Origin: Cyanidioschyzon merolae
Lineage: Eukaryota
Length of the DNA stretch: 64,000 nucleotides
Assembly: GCA_000091205.1 (NCBI GenBank)
Contig: AP006491.2
Direction: 5' to 3' (one strand)
In this document: piece after piece, positions 53,917 to 64,000 of the stretch
Layout: each line of letters opens with the position of its first letter
Numbering within the stretch: the stretch's first letter is position 1
Notes under the pieces: generated by a model
Database searches by the model: none
Seen by the model: only the letters and a program-made list of their open reading frames with translations
What the model was told of the DNA's origin: nothing
Translations under genes and position numbers: made by a program

Positions 53917-55822
53917 ACAGCAGATAAAACCAGACTACTGTGAAGCAGAGACGACTGCTAAAAAAGGCACACTAGCAACTGCGTTCTATACTTGCCAACG
54001 CGACCAGGCACTGGCGACTAAGAATCGTTGGTATCGATTTCAGTGCCTTCGCTGCGCTTTCGATGTGCAGTCGTATGATCAATCGATCGAGCTCTGGGTG
54101 TAAACAGTACGCTCGCCATTATCTGACCTGACCTGCTCTGCTCTGATCTGGACTTTGTGTAACGTGGAGGCTTCTCCAGGTGCCGGTGGTCTCTATTCTG
54201 GTTCCCAGGGCGTTCGCACTTCCGTGGGTCGCCATGCTGGACAGGTCGTTCTTACACGATAGGAAAGCAACGCGAGGAATACGAGCATCGGCGTCAGCGA
54301 GGAGCTGGCATCGGGCGAGCTTCAAAGGTTTCCCTTTGAATATGTCTCGGTCTTGCGCGGCTCGTGATGATTAGACTGCGTAAAGGCGCTCATGGAGTCG
54401 TGTTAGGCGCAGGTCGGGATGCGACCGGCGCGACAGATAGCTCGATACCGAGACTTTGCGTTGTAAGCGCTGCCCCAGATATTCTACGTCGTAAACGAAT
54501 CACCTGTTGACCGTCAAAGTCTCCACACAGTTTGAACTCGAGAGTCGCGGAACCCTGGGAAACGCCGGGTATTCCCGCGACCGGAACGCCTAGAGGTCTG
54601 ACGTGCTTGGCGCGCTCGGGCGCCCCATCTGGCAAGAACTCCCGATAGCCTGCACTCCTCGTGATAGAACGGGCTATTGCTTTGCGTGATACACGCACAA
54701 CCCGTCTAGAAAATGGAAGTTGGACCGGAATCCAGCGGTGTAATCTGCAGTGCGGGGGTCGTGCTTTCGGTAGCATGGCGTGTGGTGCATGCGCCGAGGC
54801 CGTGACGCTACGTTTCAGGAGATAACGAGTTGGCAGAATGCCGCTGGCGCTGTCGGAGATGGCTCGCTGTCAGCGACTCGCTCGCAGTGAAAACTTATTT
54901 TGGAAGCTCCTCACCGGTGGATAGCAGCCGCGTCGATGGCGTTCCGGCTGGCGCAAACGAAAGCTGTCCGCATTCGCATCCATAGAAGCGATATCAAGGG
55001 CAGCTTATTATTTCCGGACGACTCTGAATATATCGAGCTGAATGCATGGGCAGTGCGGCGTTCACGTACGCTTCAGACCTCGTGAACATGCCTCTAGAAT
55101 ACTGGGCTTTGCGATAGCATGCGTTCAGGAATCTCAGTACAGGTTGCGCTGAAATGCTGGGTACCTTTGGGCGTGTCTGCCTCTACGCATCATTCGTGCA
55201 TCGTGCTGGCGGCTCCAGAAGTCAAGAGCAAGGCCTCGTCTTTGTACCATGCGTTACGGAGGACACCGACCTTAACAAAACGGTGGGCATGTACACTGCG
55301 AATCAGCATGACCACTAAAATTGCGGATATGATAGGAAAGATGGGTCCGTCTTCCTCGTACCCGCTTTCGACACGTTTCATGTCATCAGCGTGCGCAATT
55401 ATGAGCCAGTGCTCTTCTCTACTTTTTGGGGGCAACATCCTCGCCCGTGTTTCATAAAGGCGATCGCCACTTTCGCGATGGTCACTCTTCTCATACTCGT
55501 CCCTGCTTTCGAGACTTTGCATGCCATCCGCGAGCGCCATCCTGGCAAGGTTTCGTCTCTAATTGCCGCAGCAACCTATTCGCCCGTGTTTCATGAATCT
55601 GAGCACCATTGCAGCGAAATTCATTCTGGGACGCTAACGCCGACTCATCTGGCTGCGACTCGCTCTGCTTCGTGTCCACAGAGTCCACGACATTTCCAGA
55701 TCAGTCAGGAGAGCTTCAGAGAAGCCATCTACCCTGCATCCGTATCGCCGAGAGACACCTCTGCGGAGCCGCTACCGGCCCTCAGCCGATGATTATCTCT
55801 CAAAAGCACGCCTTCAAGGCTT

Positions 55823-56836
55823 TTACTTATGAAGGGAAGGTGATGAAATCGGATTCGCAGAAGATCGTTCGCTGGTTACAGCACGTCCCCCGGTGCTGCG
55901 GCGACGAGTATGCGTTGCATCGTAACCCGTTAGGTAGCGCCAGAAAAGCTGCATGCCCTCCCAGATGCGCAAAAGACGGCTACCACGCCCGCCGTATCGT
56001 TGTTTGCCCCAGCTGAACGGGACATAACCATATAAACGCATGTGTTCAATCTGGCGCTTCATGGTAACCGAGAATAACACGAGGAAATACAGAACAAGCA
56101 CAGGCCAGTATACTGGCACATCAAAAATTGGGACCAGCGTAGCAACGAACGACATCGCGACACTTTTCAGACTTTGCCACCAAAACTGGAACTCGGGAAG
56201 ACGTCGCACAAAAGGACGATACTCAAGATTCGTCCCGTTCAAGGGATCAAGCTCTGCAAAGGCGCCAGTTGAACCACTCGTCCGACGTCGAATCGGGAGG
56301 GCGATGCGCTCATCCTCCTGAATTTCGTTCACGTCGCGTGGTTGCAAAAAGCCGAGCATCAGGTTAAGATTGTATATGGCAAGAGCGTAGGCAACAACGT
56401 AAAATCCTTGGGTCCAGTAGACACGCAAAGCAAAGAGCGCTCCAAGCGTCCAGAGTGCCAGCCAGCGAGCCGTGCGGTGCGGCACGGAAATGTCTAACCA
56501 GTGCTGGAGACGACGCCTCCAACGATACGAATACCGCAAACTGTAGGAACGCACAATACCCAGCAAGTTTGTGTTTTCGACAAAGTCTGCATCTGATGCT
56601 CGCATTGATGAAGAAGCAGGGCTACTCGAGGTCAAGTCAACGGGGGCCGCACTCGTTGCCATCGTCGAAACGCTCCGGCCGAACACCGGCCCCGCAGGCT
56701 GAGGTATTCCGGGGGCGGTGTGTTCTCCACTTTGAATATTTGTTCCAGGTCTGATGGTAGTCCAAGTGGTGCCACCACCATACGGCCGAAAAGCGTTGCC
56801 GGGTAAAGCACCTCGATCGGCAGGACCAGCGCTCAT
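55823..56836 (-). CDS. RER1: RER1 (retention in endoplasmic reticulum 1) family protein
   Basis: ARWLALWTLGALFALRVYWTQGFYVVAYALAIYNLNLMLGFLQP, PFVRRLPEFQFWWQ, FDVPVYWPVLVLYFLVLFSVTMKRQIEHMRLYGYVPFSWGKQRY are near-identical in pattern to RER1. Likely starts at an internal Met (56662 or 56605). Confidence 0.85.
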   Translation of the reverse strand: MSAGPADRGALPGNAFRPYGGGTTWTTIRPGTNIQSGEHTAPGIPQPAGPVFGRSVSTMATSAAPVDLTSSSPASSSMRASDADFVENTNLLGIVRSYSLRYSYRWRRRLQHWLDISVPHRTARWLALWTLGALFALRVYWTQGFYVVAYALAIYNLNLMLGFLQPRDVNEIQEDERIALPIRRRTSGSTGAFAELDPLNGTNLEYRPFVRRLPEFQFWWQSLKSVAMSFVATLVPIFDVPVYWPVLVLYFLVLFSVTMKRQIEHMRLYGYVPFSWGKQRYGGRGSRLLRIWEGMQLFWRYLTGYDATHTRRRSTGGRAVTSERSSANPISSPSLHK

Positions 56837-58641
56837 CGCAGATTCGCCAAAGGGTGTCCTCCGTGTTCCACGCCAAACTTGTGCAGCTTCTGCGCGGCTC
56901 TCTTTGTGCAGGAGACCGCTACAGTTGAGAACAGCTTCTCAGTTTCTTTACGAAGGGTCACGTGTCGTCTCTCGGTGCGGTAAAAACCGCTTCTGGTGAC
57001 CGCTCAAGCCAGGGTGACGCCTGTTACCCCTAGCCACGCACTGGGAGCGCTCCGCCGTACCAGGGTGCGCGGTTGGGTTTTCTCGCTCGCAGCAACGTTA
57101 TCGCCACTACCAGAAACGTCGAAACAAAGCGCCACTTGGCGAGCAAAGTAACGAGTGACACCTGTCGTCAGAGACGCTTTTTCGCGCCTCTGTTCACTCG
57201 TTGGGGACAATCGACAGCAACGGTACAGAGCAAGAAAGTTTCGCGTCGATGGAGGAATTTAATATCCACCCGCAGAAGCCTACCAGCGTTCTTTGCCCGG
57301 CCCGCTGTTATCGGTTTCAGCTTATCCTCATAAACTTTGAGCCTGAGGGGCAGCCCCACAAAAACTGACTCGCTTAAGCTCCGCGGGTGTCGTCTTCAGC
57401 ACCCCATATCGTCATATACTGATGACCGCGTTAAAGCCTCGGTTCACGAACTCCATGCGTTTGTTGCCTCTGATGGAACTCTTCAGCGGAGGGATTGCTA
57501 GAACTCGTCCCCTCTGTGTCAATACATGCTCGTCATTGTCCCGCCGTGCAAACACCTTTTCTCGTTTATCTCCCCTGTTCTTCCTCCTCTCCTTCTTGGT
57601 CACTTGCTGTTCTTCGCTCGATAGTCGGCGAGAAGAGGATTTTTCGTTTTTTTTCCAGCACCCGGCAGTGACAGCTCTCCAGGATCCCCGGCATCCATGT
57701 CCATACCATTCCCTTGGATTTTATATTTCTTCTAATGAATGTACTTGGAACGTGTCTGCTATACACCGCGAACACGCATTTGTTTACATGCACCTGGGCT
57801 TGGAACCCAGTCGAGGTGAAATACTAGAACCAGATCGTTTTCCGTAGGTACGGCTCTTGTGCGAGCGTTCCTGCGTCGTCAGCTATATATAAGCGGTTGA
57901 AGCCAAGACCGGCATCCTATTTTTAGGTCACGCGTCTGATCCAGTCATCGAACGCCCGGGACGAGCCTGGCCCCCCGGCTGAGACACCTTGCTTGCTCAC
58001 TGTGTCCGAAAATTCGATGCTGCTAGCTTCCCAACAACTCGGTGAGAAACGTCGACTGTAGCGGGCGCGCTGTGCTTCTACGCTACCGGCAATTGGGGTA
58101 CAACCTACGACCATGGTGTTCACGGTTGGCACTCCAGGTGGAGCGCCTTCCACCGTCAACCAGCAAATAGGTCTCTTCTAATCCGTCTTGGTGCCAGCGC
58201 TTTCCTACAAGGCAACTTGGTATATCCCGCACATGGATTTGCACACGGATCGCCGCCTTCCAACAGCAAGATGTGTATACGTCTGGTACCTTGAAGTCTC
58301 AGCCTGTTTGAGGAACTAACATGTGCCGCAAGCCGCAGCCGATTTGCATCGAGAAAGATCGTCGGCTCTAACCGAGGATCCGAAAGTACGCAATGGACAT
58401 CTGCACCAACTGCAGCATCGACCATACCGCATCATACATCCGAGTATCGCCATCAACCTTCAAAATCTTTCTCATCATAACCACCCCCAGCACCATTCAA
58501 ACTTGCCTTTGGGGATTCATGCCAGTCCGCCCGACAGCATCCGCTGGGCGCCGTCGACGTTGCCGGGGCACGCACGTCCTCGCACCGCTGGCTCGACGCA
58601 AGTTCCATCCAACCAAAACGGGCGTTCCTATTGGTCTGCGT

Positions 58642-60567
58642 ATGCCTTCGAAGAACAACTCGCGCAAGTTTCGGGTTAAGCAGGCCCAGAAAGAACAGAA
58701 CCAGGTAAACGCAGTCAATGGAGGACCAGCGAGCGAACACCTGGTCAACGGGATCAACGCCTTGACCGTCGGCACTGGACCACCTGGGGACCGGCGATCT
58801 CTGTTACCGCCACCGCCCTCGGAACCCGGTGAGGACGGGTACTTCGTCGAGAGAACAGGTCCTGACGCTGCTACCAGACGATCAGCTTCCTTGGACATCT
58901 CCATAGAAGGAATCAATCTCATGGTTGGGCGACGAGAGTTGCTCGCCTCAGCCACCCTGAAACTCACCTACGGACGCAAGTACGGTCTGGTGGGGCGCAA
59001 CGGCGAGGGTAAAACACAGCTGCTGTGTGCGCTGGCACATCGCCGACTCCCTGTGCCCTCACATATCCGCATCGCTCACGTCGAGCAAGAGGTTCAAGGC
59101 GACGACACAAAGGTGCTAGACGCAGTTTTGCAAAGCGATCGCGAGCGCGAGTACCTGCTTTACTGGGAGAAGCGGCTGCTACAAGACCAATCGGACTGGG
59201 CAGGCGAGGCCCTTATGGAAGTTTACGAGCGTCTAGATGAGCTGGATTCTGACGCAGCGGAGACTCGGGCATCCATGATCCTGCGGGGTCTCGGCTTCAC
59301 CGCTGAGGCGCAGCAGCGACCCACGCGGGAGTTTTCCGGCGGCTGGCGCATGCGCATTCGACTAGCGATGGCGCTCTTCCAACAACCGGATCTGCTGCTC
59401 CTCGACGAGGCCAATAACCATCTCGACTCGGTATCTTTGCTTTGGCTCGCCTACTTTCTCCGGGCGTGGCCCCGGACAGTGCTCATGGTGTCGCACGATC
59501 GGTGGTTGCTGAATGAAGTCGCCCAGGATACGATTCTGCTCCATCGAAAACGCCTTGTATACTATGGTGGCAACTACGATTCTTATTTGAAGACTCGTGC
59601 AGAGCAGCAACGACACGCGTTAGCGGTGGCGAGTTCCCAACAGCGCCGTGCAGCGGAGCTCAAGAACTTCATCGCACGATTCGGGCATGGCCATAAGAAG
59701 ATGGCCCGCCAGGCGCAGAGCCGCATGAAAATGCTACAGCGATTGGAATCCGAAATGATCGAGGTCGATGAGGACGACCCCTCGCTGCGGATTGAGTTCC
59801 CTGCGGCAGAGTATCTGCCGCCGCCGCCTTGCATCTCCGTCAACAACGTTGGTTTTCGATACAGTCCTGATGGTCCGATGCTCTATCGCGACCTCAATTT
59901 TGGGCTAGATTGCGACTCTCGGGTAGCGATTATCGGACCTAATGGGGCGGGAAAGTCGACGTTTCTGAAGCTTCTCGCTGGGGAAATTGTGCCGACCGAA
60001 GGCTGGATCTCGCGGCACCCGAAACTGCGTATCGCGACGTTTGCGCAGCACCACGTGGACTCCATGGAGGACCTCGAGCGCAGCGCGGTGGACCACATTC
60101 GGAGCTTGTGGCCAACCCTTGAGGTGGCCGAGTGCCGAGCGCTTCTCGGCCGTTTCGGTCTGAGTGGCTCGCTTGCCACCATGCCCATGAAGTTGCTTTC
60201 TGGGGGCCAGAAATCACGCGTGCAATTCGCGGTCATGGCGGCGATGCGCCCGTCTCTCATGCTGTTCGATGAGGTCACCAATCACTTGGACATGCAGACA
60301 ATCGACAGCCTAGCGATTGCTCTGAACGCATTCCCAGGCGGTGTCGTGTTGGTAACGCACGACACCCGTTTTCTGAGTTTGGTTGCAAATGAGATCTGGG
60401 TCGTCCGACCGGGGAAGTCTCCTCAAGAATCGGGCACCGTAGAGGTCTGGAACGGAGACTACGACGACTATAAGGCGGCCATTGAGCGAGAACTGGAGGA
60501 AGCAGGTCTTCTAGCTGCAGCGAAGCAGGAGGCTGCAGCGCTTGCGCTCCAGCGCCTATCTTCATAG
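58642..60567 (+). CDS. ABC-F family ATPase (ABCF/GCN20-like, two NBDs, no TMD) with Lys-rich N-terminus
   Basis: NBD1 Walker A GRNGEGKT, signature LSGGWRMRIRLAMAL, Walker B LLLLDEANNHLD. NBD2 GPNGAGKST, LSGGQKSRVQFA, LMLFDEVTNHLD. Start placed at MPSKNNSRKFRVKQAQKEQ; the ORF in the track opens at 58393. Confidence 0.9.
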   Translation: MPSKNNSRKFRVKQAQKEQNQVNAVNGGPASEHLVNGINALTVGTGPPGDRRSLLPPPPSEPGEDGYFVERTGPDAATRRSASLDISIEGINLMVGRRELLASATLKLTYGRKYGLVGRNGEGKTQLLCALAHRRLPVPSHIRIAHVEQEVQGDDTKVLDAVLQSDREREYLLYWEKRLLQDQSDWAGEALMEVYERLDELDSDAAETRASMILRGLGFTAEAQQRPTREFSGGWRMRIRLAMALFQQPDLLLLDEANNHLDSVSLLWLAYFLRAWPRTVLMVSHDRWLLNEVAQDTILLHRKRLVYYGGNYDSYLKTRAEQQRHALAVASSQQRRAAELKNFIARFGHGHKKMARQAQSRMKMLQRLESEMIEVDEDDPSLRIEFPAAEYLPPPPCISVNNVGFRYSPDGPMLYRDLNFGLDCDSRVAIIGPNGAGKSTFLKLLAGEIVPTEGWISRHPKLRIATFAQHHVDSMEDLERSAVDHIRSLWPTLEVAECRALLGRFGLSGSLATMPMKLLSGGQKSRVQFAVMAAMRPSLMLFDEVTNHLDMQTIDSLAIALNAFPGGVVLVTHDTRFLSLVANEIWVVRPGKSPQESGTVEVWNGDYDDYKAAIERELEEAGLLAAAKQEAAALALQRLSS

Positions 60568-60841
60568 ACAGTGCTTCGTGTGCAATGCCCGTTGCGTAGA
60601 GGGGTCAGGGATCCCAGATATCCGGATCCTGCAGAGTCCCGCGGTTGCGCGGTAACCGCTGGAACATTCTCCACAGAGATGCACTGTATCAGGGTATCCC
60701 GCGCACGCCGTCCATTGCGACATCCGAGTGCAATCGTGCACGCAGGCGCCTGGGGCTGGCGCCCTACGCCGCAGGTGCGTGCAGCAACTGCCGTCACGAT
60801 AGCATGCGAGCGCCGTCACATGCGTGTCGAGTTACGATGCG

Positions 60842-60953
60842 TGCTGCTGCTGCTGCTGCTGCTGCTGCTGCAGTGCTTTCGTTGTTGTTGTTGTTGTTGT
60901 TGTTGGTGGTGGTGGTGCTGCTGCAGTGCTTTCATTGTTGTTGTTGTTGTTGG
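60842..60953. repeat. Compound trinucleotide microsatellite (CTG)n-(GTT)n-(GGT)n with internal duplication
   Basis: tgctgctgctg...cagtgctttcgttgttgttg...ggtggtggtgctgctgcagtgctttcattgttgttg. Confidence 0.9.
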
Positions 60954-62690
60954 TATGATCGCCGTGGTGTCGCACGCCCTGTGTCGGAAAGCGTGCCGCT
61001 GATCATATCGCTACAATGTGCACCAGACGCATAGAGAGAAGCTTTAGGTGACGTGCTAGGGACTGGGGCTCGTGCTGCCCAGAGGCATCCGCTTCACAGC
61101 GTGTTGGTGATTTTGCACGACGGAAAGACGCTTTGATTCGTGAATACGCTGAAGAGACTCCTGTAAAGATATGTATCAACGGGAAATGCTTGCATGTTTT
61201 GGCCAAGATATTATAGCGTGTGGGCACTGTATCCTGAGCCTCATCGATTCGCGTTCCAGCGATGTCGCTCGCGCGATCGCCGCTGCGCCAGCGATATGAC
61301 GACGACAAGTGCGAAACCGGTCTCGGCGTTGGCGCAGCGCGGCGCCATGCATGCTGCTCGCTTGACTCGTCTTCACGAGCAGCGGGTTGCCCCCTTATTT
61401 TATCAACCATATAAAGGTCTATCACTTTTCCCGAATAAAGTCTCATCGAGTGAGACGGCCATCCGTCGCTCCTGAAATACGCGTTCATGGTCCAGTGCGA
61501 TATCCATCGTGTACTGTTCAGCGCGGAACGATTTTCCGTTGAAACGACCCTTGTTTTTTGTTCAGGCGGGCCTCTTCATCACCACTCGTATCAAGGGGAT
61601 GGCAGCCTCACATCCGGTGGCTTTTTGGATGGTATTTCACGGAGAACGTACGAAGTGGAATGGAATGACGAGTAGAGAATCGCGCATATATATTCTCAAG
61701 AGTTCTGATTTGGGTGCACGACGCCGAGAGCAAGTATTACGAGAAGCGTGATGCATCCGATAGCTGAACGTAGAATAACTCCCTTGTAGAATTAGACAGA
61801 TATTCCGCAAATTACCTACGACGACACCAAGTCCTCCAGCGACCCGTTTCCATTCAGCTGGATACATTCATTTTTTCAATTGCTGCGAGAAAAACAAACA
61901 AAAAAGGTAGGCGAGTACAGACCTTCCATAATGCACTGCTCTGAATGTAACGATGTGTGCAAGGCACCGCCCGATAATACGTTCTGCGGGTGCTCGCAGA
62001 GTCAGCGCATCGCGCCTTACACCGGCTGTGCACTGAGTCAGTACGTCCTGGGGGACCCAGGTGTGCAGCCACAACGGCATCACGCACCGAGAAAAACGCC
62101 TGGGTACACTGTCACGTGAATCATTCACGCAGGCCGCCATGCATTGACACACGTGTCACAGGAACGCCCCATGTTGCCAAAGCGGCACGCGAGTGCTTCG
62201 TTCCATGGAGCCTGCCAGCCATGTATGCACGCTGCAGCTCTTTGTTCGGATACCGCAAGTCACCTGAACACCCCCACAGACGTATGCACTGAGCACTGGG
62301 CGCAGCGCGTACGGCCCCAAATCCTGCTCCATATCGGCTGCACGGCACGCTGTTATGGTGCATACTGACCCCGCCGCCTCAAGCGCTGCAGCTGCGCGTC
62401 GTGTGCACCACACACCTACGAGCCGTGCGGTACCCGGTGCAAGGTACTGCACCCAGCACTCGATGCTGGACCTATGCATCCGGGTGCCGGCCAACGCCAG
62501 CGCCCGTGCGCGATGCGCCTCTGCCCTGAACAGGCGCCTCTCGGGAGACACACGCAGACACGCGGGATTCGACGCTCGCAGGAGGCGCGCCCGCGGGCCC
62601 TCTGAACCCGCCGCCCTGCATCGATCACGTCGCGATGCGCGCGTCGATTCAGCGTAATCGCATATGCCTCGACGTGACAGCGCTCGCGAG

Positions 62691-62691
<1 letters not shown>

Positions 62692-62725
<34 letters not shown>

Positions 62726-62754
62726 ATCTCGGGATGGCGGCGGCGGCGGCGGCA
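62692..62754. repeat. (CTG)11 followed by (GGC)6 microsatellite
   Basis: ctgctgctg... then ggcggcggcggcggcggc. Confidence 0.9.
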
Positions 62755-64000
62755 GCGCTGCACACGCACCCAGCGCGTGCATTCAAGATGGGCGCAAGCG
62801 CGGGCGCCGCCGCTGCGCATGGCCCAACGACGCCCTCACTCGATCGGATAGAACGGATGGTGGAGTGCGCTCTCAGCTCCAGAGGACCGGCACCACAGCT
62901 CAGTATTTGAAGAGTGACGATCGTTGCGTTCCGTTCGGACGATTGCTGTCGTCGCTGGAATATTTTGCAAGGAATCGTCCGTGAAGGCGTATTCGGTCGA
63001 GGAGGGGTTTATCGGTGCTCACGTGTAGCGACGCTGGAGAGTCGGCACGCCAACGGACAGCGCAACGGCTAGCGTGAGCGTGCAGCACCGAGGCGTCGAC
63101 GGTCTGCTGGGAGCAACTGATTGCTCTCAGCTTGGTTCGTACGTGAAGAGGTTTGATCGGTGATCGTGATTGTCGATTCCTATGCAGAGGGCACACTCTG
63201 TCCCTTCACAACTAACGCTTCTCTCTGTTCTACAGCGAGACGCAGCGGCAGCGGAAAACCTTCGTATTAGCAAGTCGACGCTTCTACATGTACAGAATCA
63301 ACAGCAACGGCAGCGCCAAGCACTTCAATCTGGGTATGGTGGCGCTTACCGGAACGGGAGCCAGGCACCACCACCGGCTGCGTCATCGACGCTGGTGGCT
63401 GCACTTGAGGAGGCGGCTAACGGCGGCGACGACGCTACCGCCAGTGGGCGATCGGCAGTTCCTGGGCGGCGCTCAAGAACGGAGCGAGGCCTGAGCGCTG
63501 AACGAAACACCAACAAGCCGGTTGGCGCCGACGGACGCACCAGCCGACAGGTTCCAGAGCGGGCCGCAGGTACGCATGAGCCGGAAAGGCGAGCGAACTC
63601 GGGGGCAGGTGGTCGGCGAACGTCGCCCGCGGGCACCTCCGACGTCGAAGTGCAACGACAGGAGCGCTCGACGTGATACGCGAGGCATCTCTTGATGAAG
63701 AGCTTGAAGAGCTTGATGACCTGACTTTGCGGGAATACTGGAAGCGTCTCGACGCATGGGGTATAACGAGCACGAACTCGAGCGCAAACTCCTCTCCGCG
63801 CTCCAGTCCAGCCATCTCACCGATCGAAATGCAACTGGAAGGTGGTACCAACGACATGAATGGTCTTCGACAGGCCGCATCGTCGGAGTATCTCCAACGT
63901 CGCAGTTTACCACGCAAGGATGCGATGGATGTGTTGGCTGAACAGCTGCATGCCGAGCAAGTTCGGCGAGAGCGCGACGCCGAGCGACAGCGTCTGCTGG

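Noticed and set aside
55190-55540. 116-aa minus-strand ORF with an acidic N-terminus and one hydrophobic segment (possible tail-anchored protein)
   Set aside because: Too short and lacking any family signature. The region has several equally plausible short ORFs on both strands.
60571-63200. ORFs translating to poly-Leu, poly-Cys/Trp, poly-Ala, poly-Gly (60571..61002, 60645..61034, 62156..62782, 62416..62820, 62664..62984)
   Set aside because: All are produced by reading through trinucleotide microsatellites. They are mutually overlapping on both strands.
1-64000. Prokaryotic interpretation (operons, defence islands, phage)
   Set aside because: Bacterial-type genes present (fabZ, ribH, ctpA, clpB, topA, psbU) all carry long N-terminal targeting extensions. 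They are interspersed with strictly eukaryotic genes (syntaxin, GOS28, importin-beta, RER1, Pcc1, NDUFA6). Genes are monocistronic with kb-scale spacers.

Overview
This window is nuclear DNA from a photosynthetic eukaryote; no CRISPR arrays, prokaryotic operons or defence islands are present. It is GC-rich (roughly 55-60% by eye) and appears intron-poor, with about one gene per 2.5-3 kb on both strands. Recognisable genes include a syntaxin and a GOS28 SNARE, an importin-5-like karyopherin, RER1, the KEOPS subunit Pcc1, complex-I subunit NDUFA6, a MATE transporter and an ABC-F ATPase. Many others carry N-terminal presequences on cyanobacterial-type proteins: lumazine synthase, FabZ, D1 C-terminal processing protease CtpA, two tandem plastid terminal oxidase (PTOX) paralogs, PsbU, ClpB and a type-IA topoisomerase. 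PsbU is nuclear-encoded, and the presequences have Phe near the N-terminus rather than an ER signal peptide. From these I infer a red-algal (Cyanidiales/Porphyridium-like) or similar primary-plastid red-lineage genome, but this is inference, not a database hit. One tRNA-Val gene was found. There are several tandem repeats: 63-bp, 61-bp x9, 13-bp x4, and CTG/GTT/GGC microsatellites. All protein calls rest on family motifs recalled from memory and read off the six-frame translations; no searches were run. The most notable observations are the tandem PTOX duplication, a PPIP5K/Vip1 gene encoding only the kinase domain, a C2H2 plus Tudor-knot protein, a protein with a C-terminal CCHC knuckle, a 61-bp hairpin-forming minisatellite, and clustering of plastid-function genes across 3-35 kb.
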